A stretch of DNA of 64,000 nucleotides from positions 186,001-250,000 of the forward strand of contig OZ237766.1 in the NCBI GenBank assembly GCA_965178125.1, in the 5' to 3' direction. Below the pieces are notes generated by a model. That model was not told where the DNA came from. It ran no database searches and saw only the letters and a list, made by a program, of their open reading frames with translations. Position 1 is the first letter of the stretch, and every line of letters begins with the position of its first letter. Origin of the DNA: Bilabrum cf. latius. Lineage: Eukaryota. Of this stretch, positions 13,201 through 24,166 are shown piece after piece. Both the position numbers and the translations under genes were made by a program.

Positions 13201-16200
13201 CGCGGCTGGCGGTATGCTGGCTGGTACAGGCTGTACTAGGGCCCCAAGCAGCAGCGCTAGCCTGGCGTCTGCTGACGGGTCCGTGAGGGCGACAGTGGCT
13301 CCGGGTCCTCTGTCGCCGCCTCTGATCGGATCGGGGCCCGCGATCGGTTCCGCAATCCGCGCGGCACCAGCCACCAGCTGGACCCCCATCGCACGGACTG
13401 GGGTCGGTTCCCTGTCTTCTGCTCGTCGGTCCTCGGGGCTGCTGCCGCCGCCAGGTGTGACGAATGCGGTGTAGGGAGCTGGCACCCCGCCTGGTGTCCT
13501 GCGCCACTCGTCACACCACCGACGGAAGGCATCCAAGGGTCTCGCCAGGAGGTCGCATCTCAGGCTGGGGAGCGGGAGGGCAGGGGGTGGGGCGGCGGCG
13601 GCAGCGGCAGCAGGAGTGGGGGAGGGCGCGGGGGGTGGGCCTGATGGTGGGCAGGCAGGGGATGGCTCGGGGAGGACGTCTCGGTAGAGGAATCGGCCCC
13701 TCTCCCGCCTGCAGCGCGGCGCCGCGCAATCGGCGATGCCTGGTTCCGCTGCGTCCCTGTCTCTCCTCTCGGACCTCCAGGCCGAGACTGAGGCTGCTGA
13801 TGCTGCTGCTGATGGTACTGATGGTACTGCCGCTGCGGGGTCTCCTGCAGCATCAGATGCAGCAACCGCTCGATTGGCGCATGGTTGGGACAGGTCGCCG
13901 CGGTTGGGTGCAATGCACGGCGGTACGCCGGGCGGCACGACCGGTGAAGTGCAAGAGGCCGATTCTTCCATAGCGCTACGACTGCCGCCAGCGCCGCGCA
14001 TCATGAGGTTCCGCGTGTGGTCATCGCAGCGAGGTGCCGCAGTACCCAGCGAGGACGTCGTGGCTGCTTCGCTCAGCGCTCGCGCAGCTCGGGTGAGGCG
14101 GGCTCGACTCCTGGCACTGCAACGGGTGGCGGGCTGGCACACTGTCCGGGATGGGGATGGGGATGGGGATGGGGATGGGGATGGGGATAGGGGTGGGGTT
14201 ATTCTACCTGCGTATGGGAGATGGCCAGCACCAGGCGTGGATGGGGGTGGGCCAGCACCAGGAGTGGAGTAGACTTAGGCTGCAGGCAGTTCTGCTGGTC
14301 CTGCTGCTGTTGCCTCTGATGCTGCTGCTGCTGCCCGCACCTTGGCGCAGACGAAGGGAGCAAGCGCCGCAGGAGGAGGAGCGTCCTCGTCCCTGAGCCT
14401 GGTGTCCTTCGGCTCAACGGACATATCCCCCAGGAGGCCAGGACACGGGAGGCCTCGCGGGACCATCGAAGGTGAAGCGTCCAGCCCGTCGAGGCCGGTG
14501 CACCGCAATTCAATGCGCCCAGATCCGGGCTTGCCTATTGCCCCGCAGCGGCTGCAGGATGACATTGATTGGAATGGGCTCGATTCGATCGTGGGAGGAG
14601 ATACGGGATCGGACGCAGGCTCATCGTCATCCGCCTCGTCGGCGACCAGCACCGCGCTCACCGACTCACTCCGTTACCGCAGGCTCGTACTCGTCACACT
14701 GCTGCGCGACAGCACCATCGAGGACCCCGCCGCCAATGCCAGAGAGCGACTCGACCAGCGGAGCAACGCTCCCAGGGTCAGACACTCGTCACGCGCGGAT
14801 GGGGTGGATCCGCAGCCGGGTGCGCTGGCCATGCAGCGAGACGTTTTTAGCAGCTCGACCGCTCTAGGCCCCGCGCAGTCGTCACACCACATCCCGCCGG
14901 CCTGGTGGCATGATACGTGGACGGCCTACTGCGCGTTTCGCTCGGTTGCGGAATCGGGATCGGCGCCGCGCGTTCCTGATGGGGGCCCGGCTTGGTCTCG
15001 CTGGGGCAGCCGCGTGCTCCCGGGTCCATCCAGCTGCACTGCTTTGCACTGCACACCCATGCAGCGCCCACGCTGGCTGCAGAGCCCCAGCGTATTCGCC
15101 CGGCGCCCCGTAGCGTTGGACGCGGCTTACCAGGCCGTTCGGGGCAGGCAGCACGCCGCCAGGGGGCCAGGGGCGGGGTATGCCTCGTGGCGGCTGAGGG
15201 CGTGGGAGGCAGGGGCGAGGGCGGCGCTTCGTAGGGCGGTTGCAACCGCGTGTGCGATCAGCTGGGTGCTGCTGCCGATTGCGCGGGCCACTGGGCTGCT
15301 AGGACGCGCATCTTCGACCTCGTCTGCGGCTGCTTCGACTTGGAACCCGTCCTCGGCACAGGCAGGTGCAAGCCAGGGGCAGGGGCAGGCGCGTCCGGGA
15401 CCTCTGCAGCCGCAGTAGCAGCCAACCGCTGCAGTCGTCACGCATGCATCCGACGGGCGATCCGTCGCCGGCAGCAGCATCATCACCGCCCACTCCGGGG
15501 CCCTGATTTTTGGCTCCGGGTCCAACTCCAGGCAGGAGGCATCCTCCGTGAGCCGCAGCGGGAGCCGCCGACGGGCGATCTACCTGGTCGTCGATGGCCT
15601 GGTTGTGCTGACGCTGAGCCGATCCATGGCGGACGAGCTCGGGCACGTGTCTTTGAGCGCAGGATCGAATCCCGGTGCACGAGATCCGGACCTGGCACCA
15701 GGATTCTTTTTGGGGCAGGTGCAGCTGAGCCGGGACTCGATCCCGCGCACGGGCTTCGTGTCTCCCCGGGTGGTGACAGTGGGCGCTTCGCTGCGGAGCA
15801 GGGGTTTGGCGAGCGGTTCTGGGCAGGGTACCGGCGGGGCATCGCACTCGTCACACCCTCCATCGTGGGGAGTCGCTTGCTTCAAGCGGGTGCTGCAGCT
15901 GGGGGGACGGGCAGACGTCGTGATTCCGCGGTCCGTGCAAACCGGAACCGCGATGAACATCGAGTTCCGGTGGGTTGCGGCCAGCGCCGAGCCGCTCCGA
16001 AACCTCGTGCACTCGTCACACTAGGGGGCCCGCCGCGGCGGTCTCGCGTGCTGCATCGCCCCCTCGGAGGCCGTGGCCCCTTCCCTTCCCCCATCTGCGT
16101 GGACTCTGGCCCGCACTGCACTGCCGCGCTGGATGAAGAACCGCGATGGCACAAATGCGACCAACGACACCAGCGGCGCCGCGCACTTTGTCCCCCCTTC

Positions 16201-17380
16201 GGTTCCGCTGCCGGACCAGAACGCCTCCTTGAGCGATCTATGGCCCTCCCTGCACCCCCCACTGGCCGTGGGCCCCAGCCACAGGGCCATGAGGACCGAC
16301 GGGGGCTGGCTGTCCACCGTGCCGCCCCACGAAGTGGTGGGCGTGGGTGTACCAGGGTCGTACAGAGGACAGGCGCCGCGCGATTTGGAATAGGCTTCCG
16401 CAATGGCCTGGTATCCCGGGCCGCTCATGCGCGTGGTGCTGGAGGGTGCCATGGTGAGGTTCCGCTTCGCATTCCAGGACGGCGCGGCGCCGCCCCCGGC
16501 CAGGGACACCAGTGTGAATGAATCTTGGAGAACAAGCGCAGCGGTTGCAACCACTCCTCCCCGCCAGGGGGGGGCAGGGTAGAAGATTCCTGACGCTGCA
16601 ACACCAACGTCCGCTCTAGCCCTGTCTCAGGCCGGGACACCCGGCACCCCTGCGTCCTCCTTGACCCCCGCACGGGGTCACCAGCGCGGCAAATCCAGGA
16701 GCCGAAACCAGTCCACGGATCTCCTGACGAGCAGGGTCACTCTTGGCTGGTACCTGCAGCTCGTGCTTACGTCAGATGGGGGCCCGCGGCCAGTCGCAGT
16801 TGCCGATCACGGTGATTTGGACCGAAGGCAAGGGCAAGATCTCGGACTGCCTCGCCCGGTGGGTCCGTGGGGAGACACGGGAGCGCCCAACTCCTTGCCA
16901 CTCGTCACACCCTCGCACTCCTGGCGCACCCCCAAGGTGTCCCGCATGCTCGTCACACCTTCGCGCGTGCGGCCGGCGGCTGGCGCTGCTTTCCTGAGGG
17001 CCAGCCCGCTGGGGCTGCATTGGATCGAGAACCGGTCTCCAGACGTGCTGGGGTATGGCCAGAATGCGTAGCGGTGTTCAGTCATCACAGGTGAAATCGG
17101 CGGGGCGGGTGCCCAGGGACCAGCAGCAGCTCCAGCTCTGGCCCGGGTGGGCAGCACTGGAGGGGGCAGGAATGGTGCTGGAGGGTCGGAGGGAGGCGCG
17201 GCTTCCGATGACGGTCGAATCGCAGTTGCGGCCGGGCGGCAGGAGGCGACTGCGGATGCCGCCGCGGGTGCGATTCGTGCTGCTCTGGGGGAGTTTTCGG
17301 GCGTGTGCTCGCTCTGCTGGGAGGTTGTGCAGGATGCGATGGAGGAGGCAGTGCGTAGGGCGAAAGACAGTAGGGATTGA
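1295..17380 (+). CDS. DEPDC5: GATOR1 subunit DEPDC5/IML1 orthologue; giant (about 5,361 aa), intronless, about 29 in-frame TAG read as sense
   Basis: Track ORFs 1538, 2027, 2312, 3785, 6074 ... 17147 share one frame and are joined only by TAG; ATG at 1295, TGA at 17378-17380. Family motifs in order: NEDLMVHPDVFP; QRYLNREDM; LLVQVSREMW; YEDFY; GNFL*AINL...FEHTGQ...TKLRMMDNGIGCDLVCLSKPPLH; SGNRSRWQHIFP; NWPGLL*PAVLPLTTGYMP; EMVGQRLMHEYQLV; EFRWVAAS. Confidence 0.92.
14147..14188. repeat. (GGGGAT)n coding microsatellite encoding a Gly-Asp run in DEPDC5
   Basis: Directly visible. Confidence 0.9.
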
Positions 17381-18312
17381 ACGGGCCAGCTTCGAGTCAT
17401 GACTTGCTCATTTCATTTCACAATATATGGCGCATGGATTGCAGTGCCATGCATGGAAGCACGCTTGCATGCATACTTCTCGTCATGGTACACCCGTTTG
17501 TCAGCTGCAGTCGCTGCCCAGCAAGCGGCTGCGGCCCGAGAGCGCCATTGCCGCCCTGTGAGCCCTGCTGTACGGGCCCGGGAGCTGGGAGCAGGTGCAG
17601 CGGACCGCTGCCCAGGGATCGAATGCCAGCGAGGATGCGGGCGCTGGGGGATCGGGCGAATGTGCTGGAGATGCTTTGGGTGCCGGTGCAGAGGATCCCT
17701 CCGGTTCTTCCTCGGCATGCCGATCGGGGAGGAGGCGTATGGGGAGTTCGGGTGGGGCGAGCGGCGGTGTGTCCCGGTAGAGGCGAGCCTGTGGGACCGG
17801 TTCCTGCGGCGGGAGGCGCTGCTGCGGGGGGACGGGCCGGATGGCTCGGTGGCCTGTCTGGCTCGAGATTGTAGGGAGTTATCAGAGACAGGGAGGTGGT
17901 TTGGCCAAATGGACCGATAACCTAATTACTCCTTGAAGTAGAGGTAGTACTCTGCTACAAGCAGCACCCCGACGCAATCAGTGCCGCTCGACGCAGATCA
18001 CGAACATTATCTCCCGGATACGGAGAATGTATTATTGACCTGATGAAGCTCTTAAACTCAACGAGACTATGTATGAATGAAGCTAGCATCAACGGGGCTG
18101 CTATGTTGGTTTGCAGGCTACAGATTTCAACATCAAGCTGAACACTGTACATGAAAGTATTGTTTTATTGATATACGTCTGCATGATACGATACATCGAC
18201 TACGTTGGAATTTTAGGCAGACAATTGACGAGAAATGTTGTACGGTGTACTTACTGATTTATGCATCGTCGTCGCACTGTGGGCCAGGCCATTCAGACTG
18301 GTCTTGATTATC

Positions 18313-19846
18313 ATGCGCACCGTAGCTTTGTTGGCCGGATCCATCGGATATGTACTTGCTGCTGACACGGGCGGAGCTGGGAGCTGCGACCCTAGGTAAG
18401 ACACACTGTTGCACAGCAGGTTCAAGAAATAGCCAAGCTTCTGTCCTATGTCATGTGGTATGTACTGGAAGTAGTGCGCTGCAAAGCATCCAGTATGGTG
18501 GTATGTAGTATGAAAGTATTTGAATTGAACGGATTTGTCGATTTGATCCACGTAAACTAGCCTTCGATGCCGATCTTAGCGTAAACGTTTTGGACGGATG
18601 CGTCACTCGTAGTAGTTGGCTGTACCAGAGGCATTCATTCCAATCAGTTTAACGCGCATCGCAGTTATGATTGCAAGTTCCATTTCCGTGAGCACAAGGC
18701 GCCCCGAATCTGCCGCCTGCTGAACTGCATCAGCGCATGGGCCGGCGGTACGCATCCGTCGACGCGTCCCGCAGAGATGCAGCTCATGCGGCGCTCCGGC
18801 TTCATACAGCATTTCTATCCGTGCAATGTGATATGCCAGTGCATGTGCCGTTCCATCCCGTGTCACACTCCGTCATCCACCGCAGAGACGAGCAAGGACC
18901 TGTGGTACTGGGATTTCACTCCCCTTTGCAACCCCGACCACTGGTCTACCAAGGAGAAGAACCCCGCCTTGAATGACACAATCCATTTCAACTTCTGCGG
19001 ATATGCAGACACCCTGTGCTCTCCCTCCTGGGGCCCCGATTTCAAGGCCGGCGCCGCCATCCAGATCTGGGGCCAGCCTCCCGGCCCCCCGGGTTCCGCC
19101 AACTGCAAGGACCTCAACAATAAGGACATCCCGTGCACCGCTGACTGCCAGGTCCTGGGCCGTGGCCTCCCCAACTACTTTGTGGTGGACCCCAACAACC
19201 CCCAGTACGGGGGCATCAACATCACCCATGACCCCGTTCCCTCCGGGGACGAGATCGGCCACGGGGAGTGCCCCCCTGACTACGAGAGGGGTGGGGCGCC
19301 CGGGGACCGTACGGTGACCTACAACATCCAGTGCGACAAGAAGGGGAAGAAGGGAGGCCGTGAGTGTCTGGTGTATCGGGAATATTGAGAGCTTTGCTGC
19401 CGCTTTCCAGTGCTCCCTATTCGCTGCCTTGCCCTTGCACCCTTCCTCGTGCCCGCCTATCCCACTCGTCACATGCAACCACTCGTCACACGCCCGCAGT
19501 CCAGGTGCTCAAGTTTGAGGAGGGTCCGGCGTGCCACTACACGCTCTACCTCAGGTCCGTCCACGGGTGCGCCGTCAAGTACAACGGACCCGACTCGTTC
19601 AAGTCGGCGGGCGGTGCCATCGCAGGGGGATTCTTCGGGGGAATGTTCCTTGCCGTGCTCATCTGCGGCGGGCTGTACTACTACTACGCCGTCATGGGCG
19701 GGTCTGCGGGTGGATTCATGCCCTTCGGCAGCAGCGGTGGCGGCGGTGCCTCGAGCAGCTCGGCGGACACGTCGGCGTTCACGGGCGGCAGCGGCGGTGC
19801 CTCCACTCCTTCCTCCTCGGCATACACTGCCGTGGGGGCCTCGTGA
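18313..19846 (+). CDS. ATG27 / mannose-6-phosphate-receptor-homology type I membrane protein (spliced)
   Basis: Signal-peptide-like exon MRTVALLAGSIGYVLA with donor GTAAG at 18396. Main exon 18886-19359 (WDFTPLC...IHFNFCG...RTVTYNIQCD). Intron 19360-19499 (GTGAGT...CCGCAG). Last exon has CHYTLYLRSVHGC, a TM helix and C-terminal YTAV (YxxPhi); TGA at 19846. Linkage of the 5' exon is uncertain. Confidence 0.7.
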
Positions 19847-20369
19847 AGTGAGGTGTGACGAGTTGTTTTTTTGTGACGGCGGTTGCTTGGGTGCGTGACG
19901 AGTGCGATGTGTTCCCTGGCCTCTCCGGGCGCCCGGCCTGGCTCCGGACCAGTTGCAGTGCGCGCGCGTGTGGCATGTTCCAGACACGGCGATGGGGGGC
20001 GGTAGGAGGAGCATGAGACGCAGCGAGGGGGGGGGGGGGCTCGAAGGTTTTCTCTTGCATGAGCCCGTCCAGTGTGTGTGTGTGTGTGTCCTTGCGCGCG
20101 TGCTGCGTGGTTGTAGTAGCATGCCGGGGGAGGGTCAGTGCGAGCGGCTTGAAGGCGGTCCAACGTGTGACGAGTGCGCTGTGCGCGTGGGGCCGCGATG
20201 CTGAGCGTGTGTCGATCGAGTGTGAGGGACGCGACGTGTGGTTGGTTCCGTCTCGTGGCTCGGTTGGTGTGACGAGTGGCTGAATGCACGGATCCAAGCA
20301 ATGATTATCTAGATCTAGCCACCTAGCAATTCGGGTTGATCAGGCGAATGACACGACAATATGCCCACA

Positions 20370-21371
20370 TTAATCGTTATACCCGACTCTGATCCGTTGC
20401 TTCATCCGCTTGCCCCACTTCCCCTCCTTCGGGCGGGTACGGTCCAGACTCCAGGACCCCCGAGGGTGAGGGTGGAGCGAGGTGCTGTATTCAACCGCTT
20501 TGGCTCGCACCACCAACTCATCAGGCAGCCTGCACCTAGGAACGATGCCGGTCGCAGGCGGTGGAGTGGGGCAAGCATCGCTCTCGGCCAAAATGCTCTC
20601 AGACAGGGAGGTGCGCCTGCCACGCTTCGATCGCTTGGGTCGCTTGGATCGCTTGGTCCCTTTGCGAGGTGCCGCGCGCGCCCCCACACGAGCCTTCGAA
20701 CGGGTGCCGCGCCCGCTCTTCCTTCCCTTCGTTCCTGTGGCTAGCAGCATTTCCCCCGTAGAGAGGGGCACCGGCGGCAGGTCAAGGACCGGCGAGAACT
20801 TGCTCCCGTCTTTGCGGAGCACCTGCACGATTGCCCTGCGACGACGGGCGAAATCGGTCTCTCCTTTTCTGAGCGCGCTACTGACAGCCTCCACAACGGT
20901 TGGCAGAAGCTCCAATGCCAAGGCCATCCTTGGGCAAGCTTGCATCGCTTGAATTGCTGGACGAGTGCCTGGACCAATCTGGATAGTGTCTCTCCAGCCC
21001 GACACGAAATTCCACGATGGATGACCCGTGTGTTCGGTCGGCACTACGCATTCCAAAGCAGATATCATATTACCGAGATACCATATATGATAATGCTCCC
21101 TATACAGTCGGAGTGATGATATTTGCCTAGTAGGGATACGACTAACTACATGATTGACCACAGTCTCAATAGAATGCGACGCATCGACCGCCCTTCGCCG
21201 CCGGCCTCGGATCTTGATGTCATCGTCTATGATATCTGGTCGATTGATCACCCTGTCGCATGCATGTCCGGCTAGGATAGGAGGCTAGGCTGCTGTGGAT
21301 TGCAGTTCTGCTTTTCCGCCGGAACAAGCTACTGCATGTTCGATGCACTTGCCAGCAGTATATTTTGCCAT
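20370..21371 (-). CDS. Hypothetical basic protein (orphan paralogue A), one in-frame TAG, ends TAA
   Basis: ATG at 21371 joins track ORF 20370..21251 through one TAG. Shares the motif RRRRAIVQVLRKDGSKF...LPPVPLSTGEML with the neighbouring gene. Confidence 0.55.
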
Positions 21372-21580
21372 GATACTGCCTCAGATGTGGCCAGTTACAA
21401 CACTTAAATCCCACAAAGTACGCGTAGGATACCGAATAGTGAATTGCATGCGCCCCGAGACTTTTAATACTGTAAACCGGAATCATTAGATCGGATCGAA
21501 CGAGGCAAGGAAACTTCCGCGGAATGAATTAAGCCGCCAGTATATGCGGTGCAACTGACGAATCGGACCGCTGCTCTCCA

Positions 21581-22624
21581 TCATCCAAGGGCTATCATGC
21601 CGGCACGCTCCCTGCCGCGGTCCCGACGTCGGCTGGCTCTCCTGCAGGAACGGCGGTACCTGTGGTAGTATGCCAGCTCCCCTGGCATTCCAGTCACCTT
21701 CACACGCGACCCGGCAGGCAGACAGTCACCATTGAGGCACTTACTATCCATCTCAGGCACATCGGTTGCGGTCGATTCGCCAGTGCGGACGTGCGAATTC
21801 CTGCCCCTTCTTCCACCCCTGGCCCTGCACCCTGCCTTGGGCCTCTTGCCATCAGAGCGCATCGGTGATTTCAAGCCGTTCTTGCTCCTAGGACCCTTGG
21901 TAAATGCTAGCATTTCTGCGGTGGAACGAGGCACCGGAGGCAGCCCATGGCCGTGCCAGTGGCCGTGGCGGGCGCCCCTGAACTTGCGACCATCAGGGCC
22001 GAGCACCTTGGCTCGGCGCCTGTTCCACCTCTCCGTGTGCATCCACGCCTTCCCCCTGCCCTCGCTTTCAAGCGCGTCAGTGGCAGCCATCAGAAAGGCG
22101 ATGCTGCTTCCTGAGAGCTTCTCGGCCCGAACGCGCTCACCCTTCCAGTGCCCGGGGCACCCGGGCAGGACCCGCAGAACGTCGTAGTAGACCTTTCGCC
22201 GCTCAAGGCGCGCGAGATCCTCCTTTGTGCCTCTGACATGCTACACGTCTACGGTTTTGCTCCACTTGTGCTGCTCTGCCAGTGCTCTTCGGCGCCGCCG
22301 CGTATCCTTTCGAGCAGACAAACGAGCAGGAGAGCGAGCAACTGCTCCGGCCTCGTGATCATGCTCGGTCGGTTTTGCAACCACCGGCGTGGATCCAAGG
22401 TCTTGGCGATCAAATTTGATGATTGGCTTATCCATAGTTGTACGCCCGCCGGGATGAAGCGACGCCGCTGCTTCCGGGTGGATGCCGGTTGCAGAGTCTT
22501 CGCAGACGTCAGCCGTTCCTGCCCTGCCACTGGCAGTCCAGGCAACTGTTGCCCACTGTGTGGCTGCCTTTTGGACTCCTCCTGAAGCACATGCCAGTTG
22601 GGATAAATCGCACAATATGGGCAT
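21581..22624 (-). CDS. Hypothetical basic protein (orphan paralogue B), one in-frame TAG, ends TGA
   Basis: Track ORFs 22241..22882 and 21581..22090 are joined in frame by TAG at 22241. Motif RRRAKVLGPDGRKF...LPPVPRSTAEML. Start could be ATG 22624 or 22435. Confidence 0.55.
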
Positions 22625-23012
22625 TGTTCTTGCGTAAAGGAGTTTGCTGGGATAAATCGGAGATGTACAGCTACTTTTTCGCGTTGCAATTGTGCCGGGT
22701 GGCCCGCTCCCGCATGATCTAGTCAAACCGGAACCAGCTGCCAAAACCGGGAGTCTTGGTCCGGACACGGATCTCGTTGTACAGGTGCCCAACGAGCTCA
22801 CAAGAACGCCATCTGCCCTCCAAAACGATACGTTTATACAACATTGTATTGATCTAGGGTCAGACTGCCCTAGATTACTCAATAACGTGGCAACGACGAA
22901 ATACTGGCGTGGCCCAGTTGGATCGGAAGGCCCTCTATCTATCCGAATCAGTCAAGCGTTTGGAGTATTATCAGCGAATTGTCCAGCATTGGCTGCCAAT
23001 AACGAAAGCATC

Positions 23013-24041
23013 ATGGCATCAGCTGGATCTGAAAAGTCAAAGGCGGTGCCACTCATGAAGTTCCCGCGCACGCCGCACTTGGCAGACCTCGGAGGCAAGG
23101 CGGTCACAAGAGACGACTTGCTTTTCTCAAAGAAGGATGCCGAGAAGTGGATAGGAGATCACGTCATTACTGTGGAAGAAAAGGTTGACGGGGCCAACCT
23201 GGGCTTCTCCATCTGCCCGGACACGCTCAAGATCATGGTGCAGAACCGCTCCCACTTCGTAAACAGCTCCACCGCGAAGCAGTTCGCTAGGCTCGATGAG
23301 TGGCTGGACAAACACGCCATGGAGCTGCATGCGGTGCTCAAACCCGGCAGGCACGTCCTATTCGGCGAATGGCTCGCCCTCCAGCACTCGGTCCACTACA
23401 CTGCCCTCCCCGACGTGTTCCTGGCCTTTGACGTGTTCGACAAGAAAAAAAGAAGGTTCCTTAGCAAGGCCAGGAGGGATCGACTGCTTGCCAAAACCAC
23501 CGTGCGCGCAGTCAGGTGCATTGCGCGGCGGCGCTTCCCAGGCGGCGTGAAAGAGATCGCCGCACTGTTGGAGGCCACTCCAAGCGGGTACTGCGAGAGA
23601 GAGGGGGGGGAGAGGGGTGTCCCCATGGAGGGGGTCTACCTCCGGAGGGAGTGTGTGACGAGTGATGATGCCGGGAGAGGTGCAGAGACCCGCGCTGATG
23701 GGAGGGCGGCTGATGCATCGCCAGCTTCTGCAGCTGCGGCTGTGAGAGAGGTCGTGCCTGTGGCGCCTGTGGTTGCTGCTGCCAGTAAGGCTGGATCTGG
23801 GACAGGTGCCGGGGCCGCGGCCGGCCCAGGGGCAAGAGCGGGCAAGGCAGAAGCAGATGATAGACAGGGTGGAGACAAAGGCTATGACAGGGAAGACGAG
23901 CCCAGGTGGCTAGAAAGCCGCTGCAAGCTGGTGAGAGCCGAGTTCGTGGCCGGGATCGACGGCCACTGGAGCAAGGGCGTGGCTGTCAAGAACAAGGTGC
24001 TCGTTGGGGAGGACAGGGAATCATGGGGGGACACGGAGTGA
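23013..24041 (+). CDS. ATP-dependent RNA ligase-family nucleotidyltransferase (stand-alone adenylation domain)
   Basis: KFPRTPHL, motif I EEKVDGAN, VQNRS, motif III LFGEW, IIIa FLAFDVFD, IV EGVYLR, V CKLVRAEF...HWSK; ends TGA. Confidence 0.85.
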   Translation: MASAGSEKSKAVPLMKFPRTPHLADLGGKAVTRDDLLFSKKDAEKWIGDHVITVEEKVDGANLGFSICPDTLKIMVQNRSHFVNSSTAKQFARLDEWLDKHAMELHAVLKPGRHVLFGEWLALQHSVHYTALPDVFLAFDVFDKKKRRFLSKARRDRLLAKTTVRAVRCIARRRFPGGVKEIAALLEATPSGYCEREGGERGVPMEGVYLRRECVTSDDAGRGAETRADGRAADASPASAAAAVREVVPVAPVVAAASKAGSGTGAGAAAGPGARAGKAEADDRQGGDKGYDREDEPRWLESRCKLVRAEFVAGIDGHWSKGVAVKNKVLVGEDRESWGDTE

Positions 24042-24166
24042 GAGAGCATTCCTTCAAGGGTGTCATGGAGCAGGAGGTTGCAGCACGCAAAATTGCAATC
24101 GTCACGATTCGGAGCATCGCGCAGAGCACTTTCCGTTGGTTGTCGCCTCGCACGGTTGCGGGCACC

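Noticed and set aside
2300-17400. Many long overlapping or antisense ORFs in the track (e.g. 6406..7614, 8064..9326, 15250..16521)
   Set aside because: Shadow ORFs of GC-rich coding DNA with no recognisable motifs; the DEPDC5 frame explains the region.
17399-18152. Possible gene between DEPDC5 and the ATG27-like gene
   Set aside because: Several frames are open on both strands but none has a recognisable domain or convincing splice pattern.
20020-20095. G-run and (TG)n tract downstream of the ATG27-like gene; also (GGT)n near 10015-10043
   Set aside because: Ordinary microsatellites.
22692-23012. N-terminal extension of the RNA ligase shown in the track
   Set aside because: It starts at a non-ATG codon in probable divergent-promoter DNA; ATG 23013 just before the conserved domain is more plausible.
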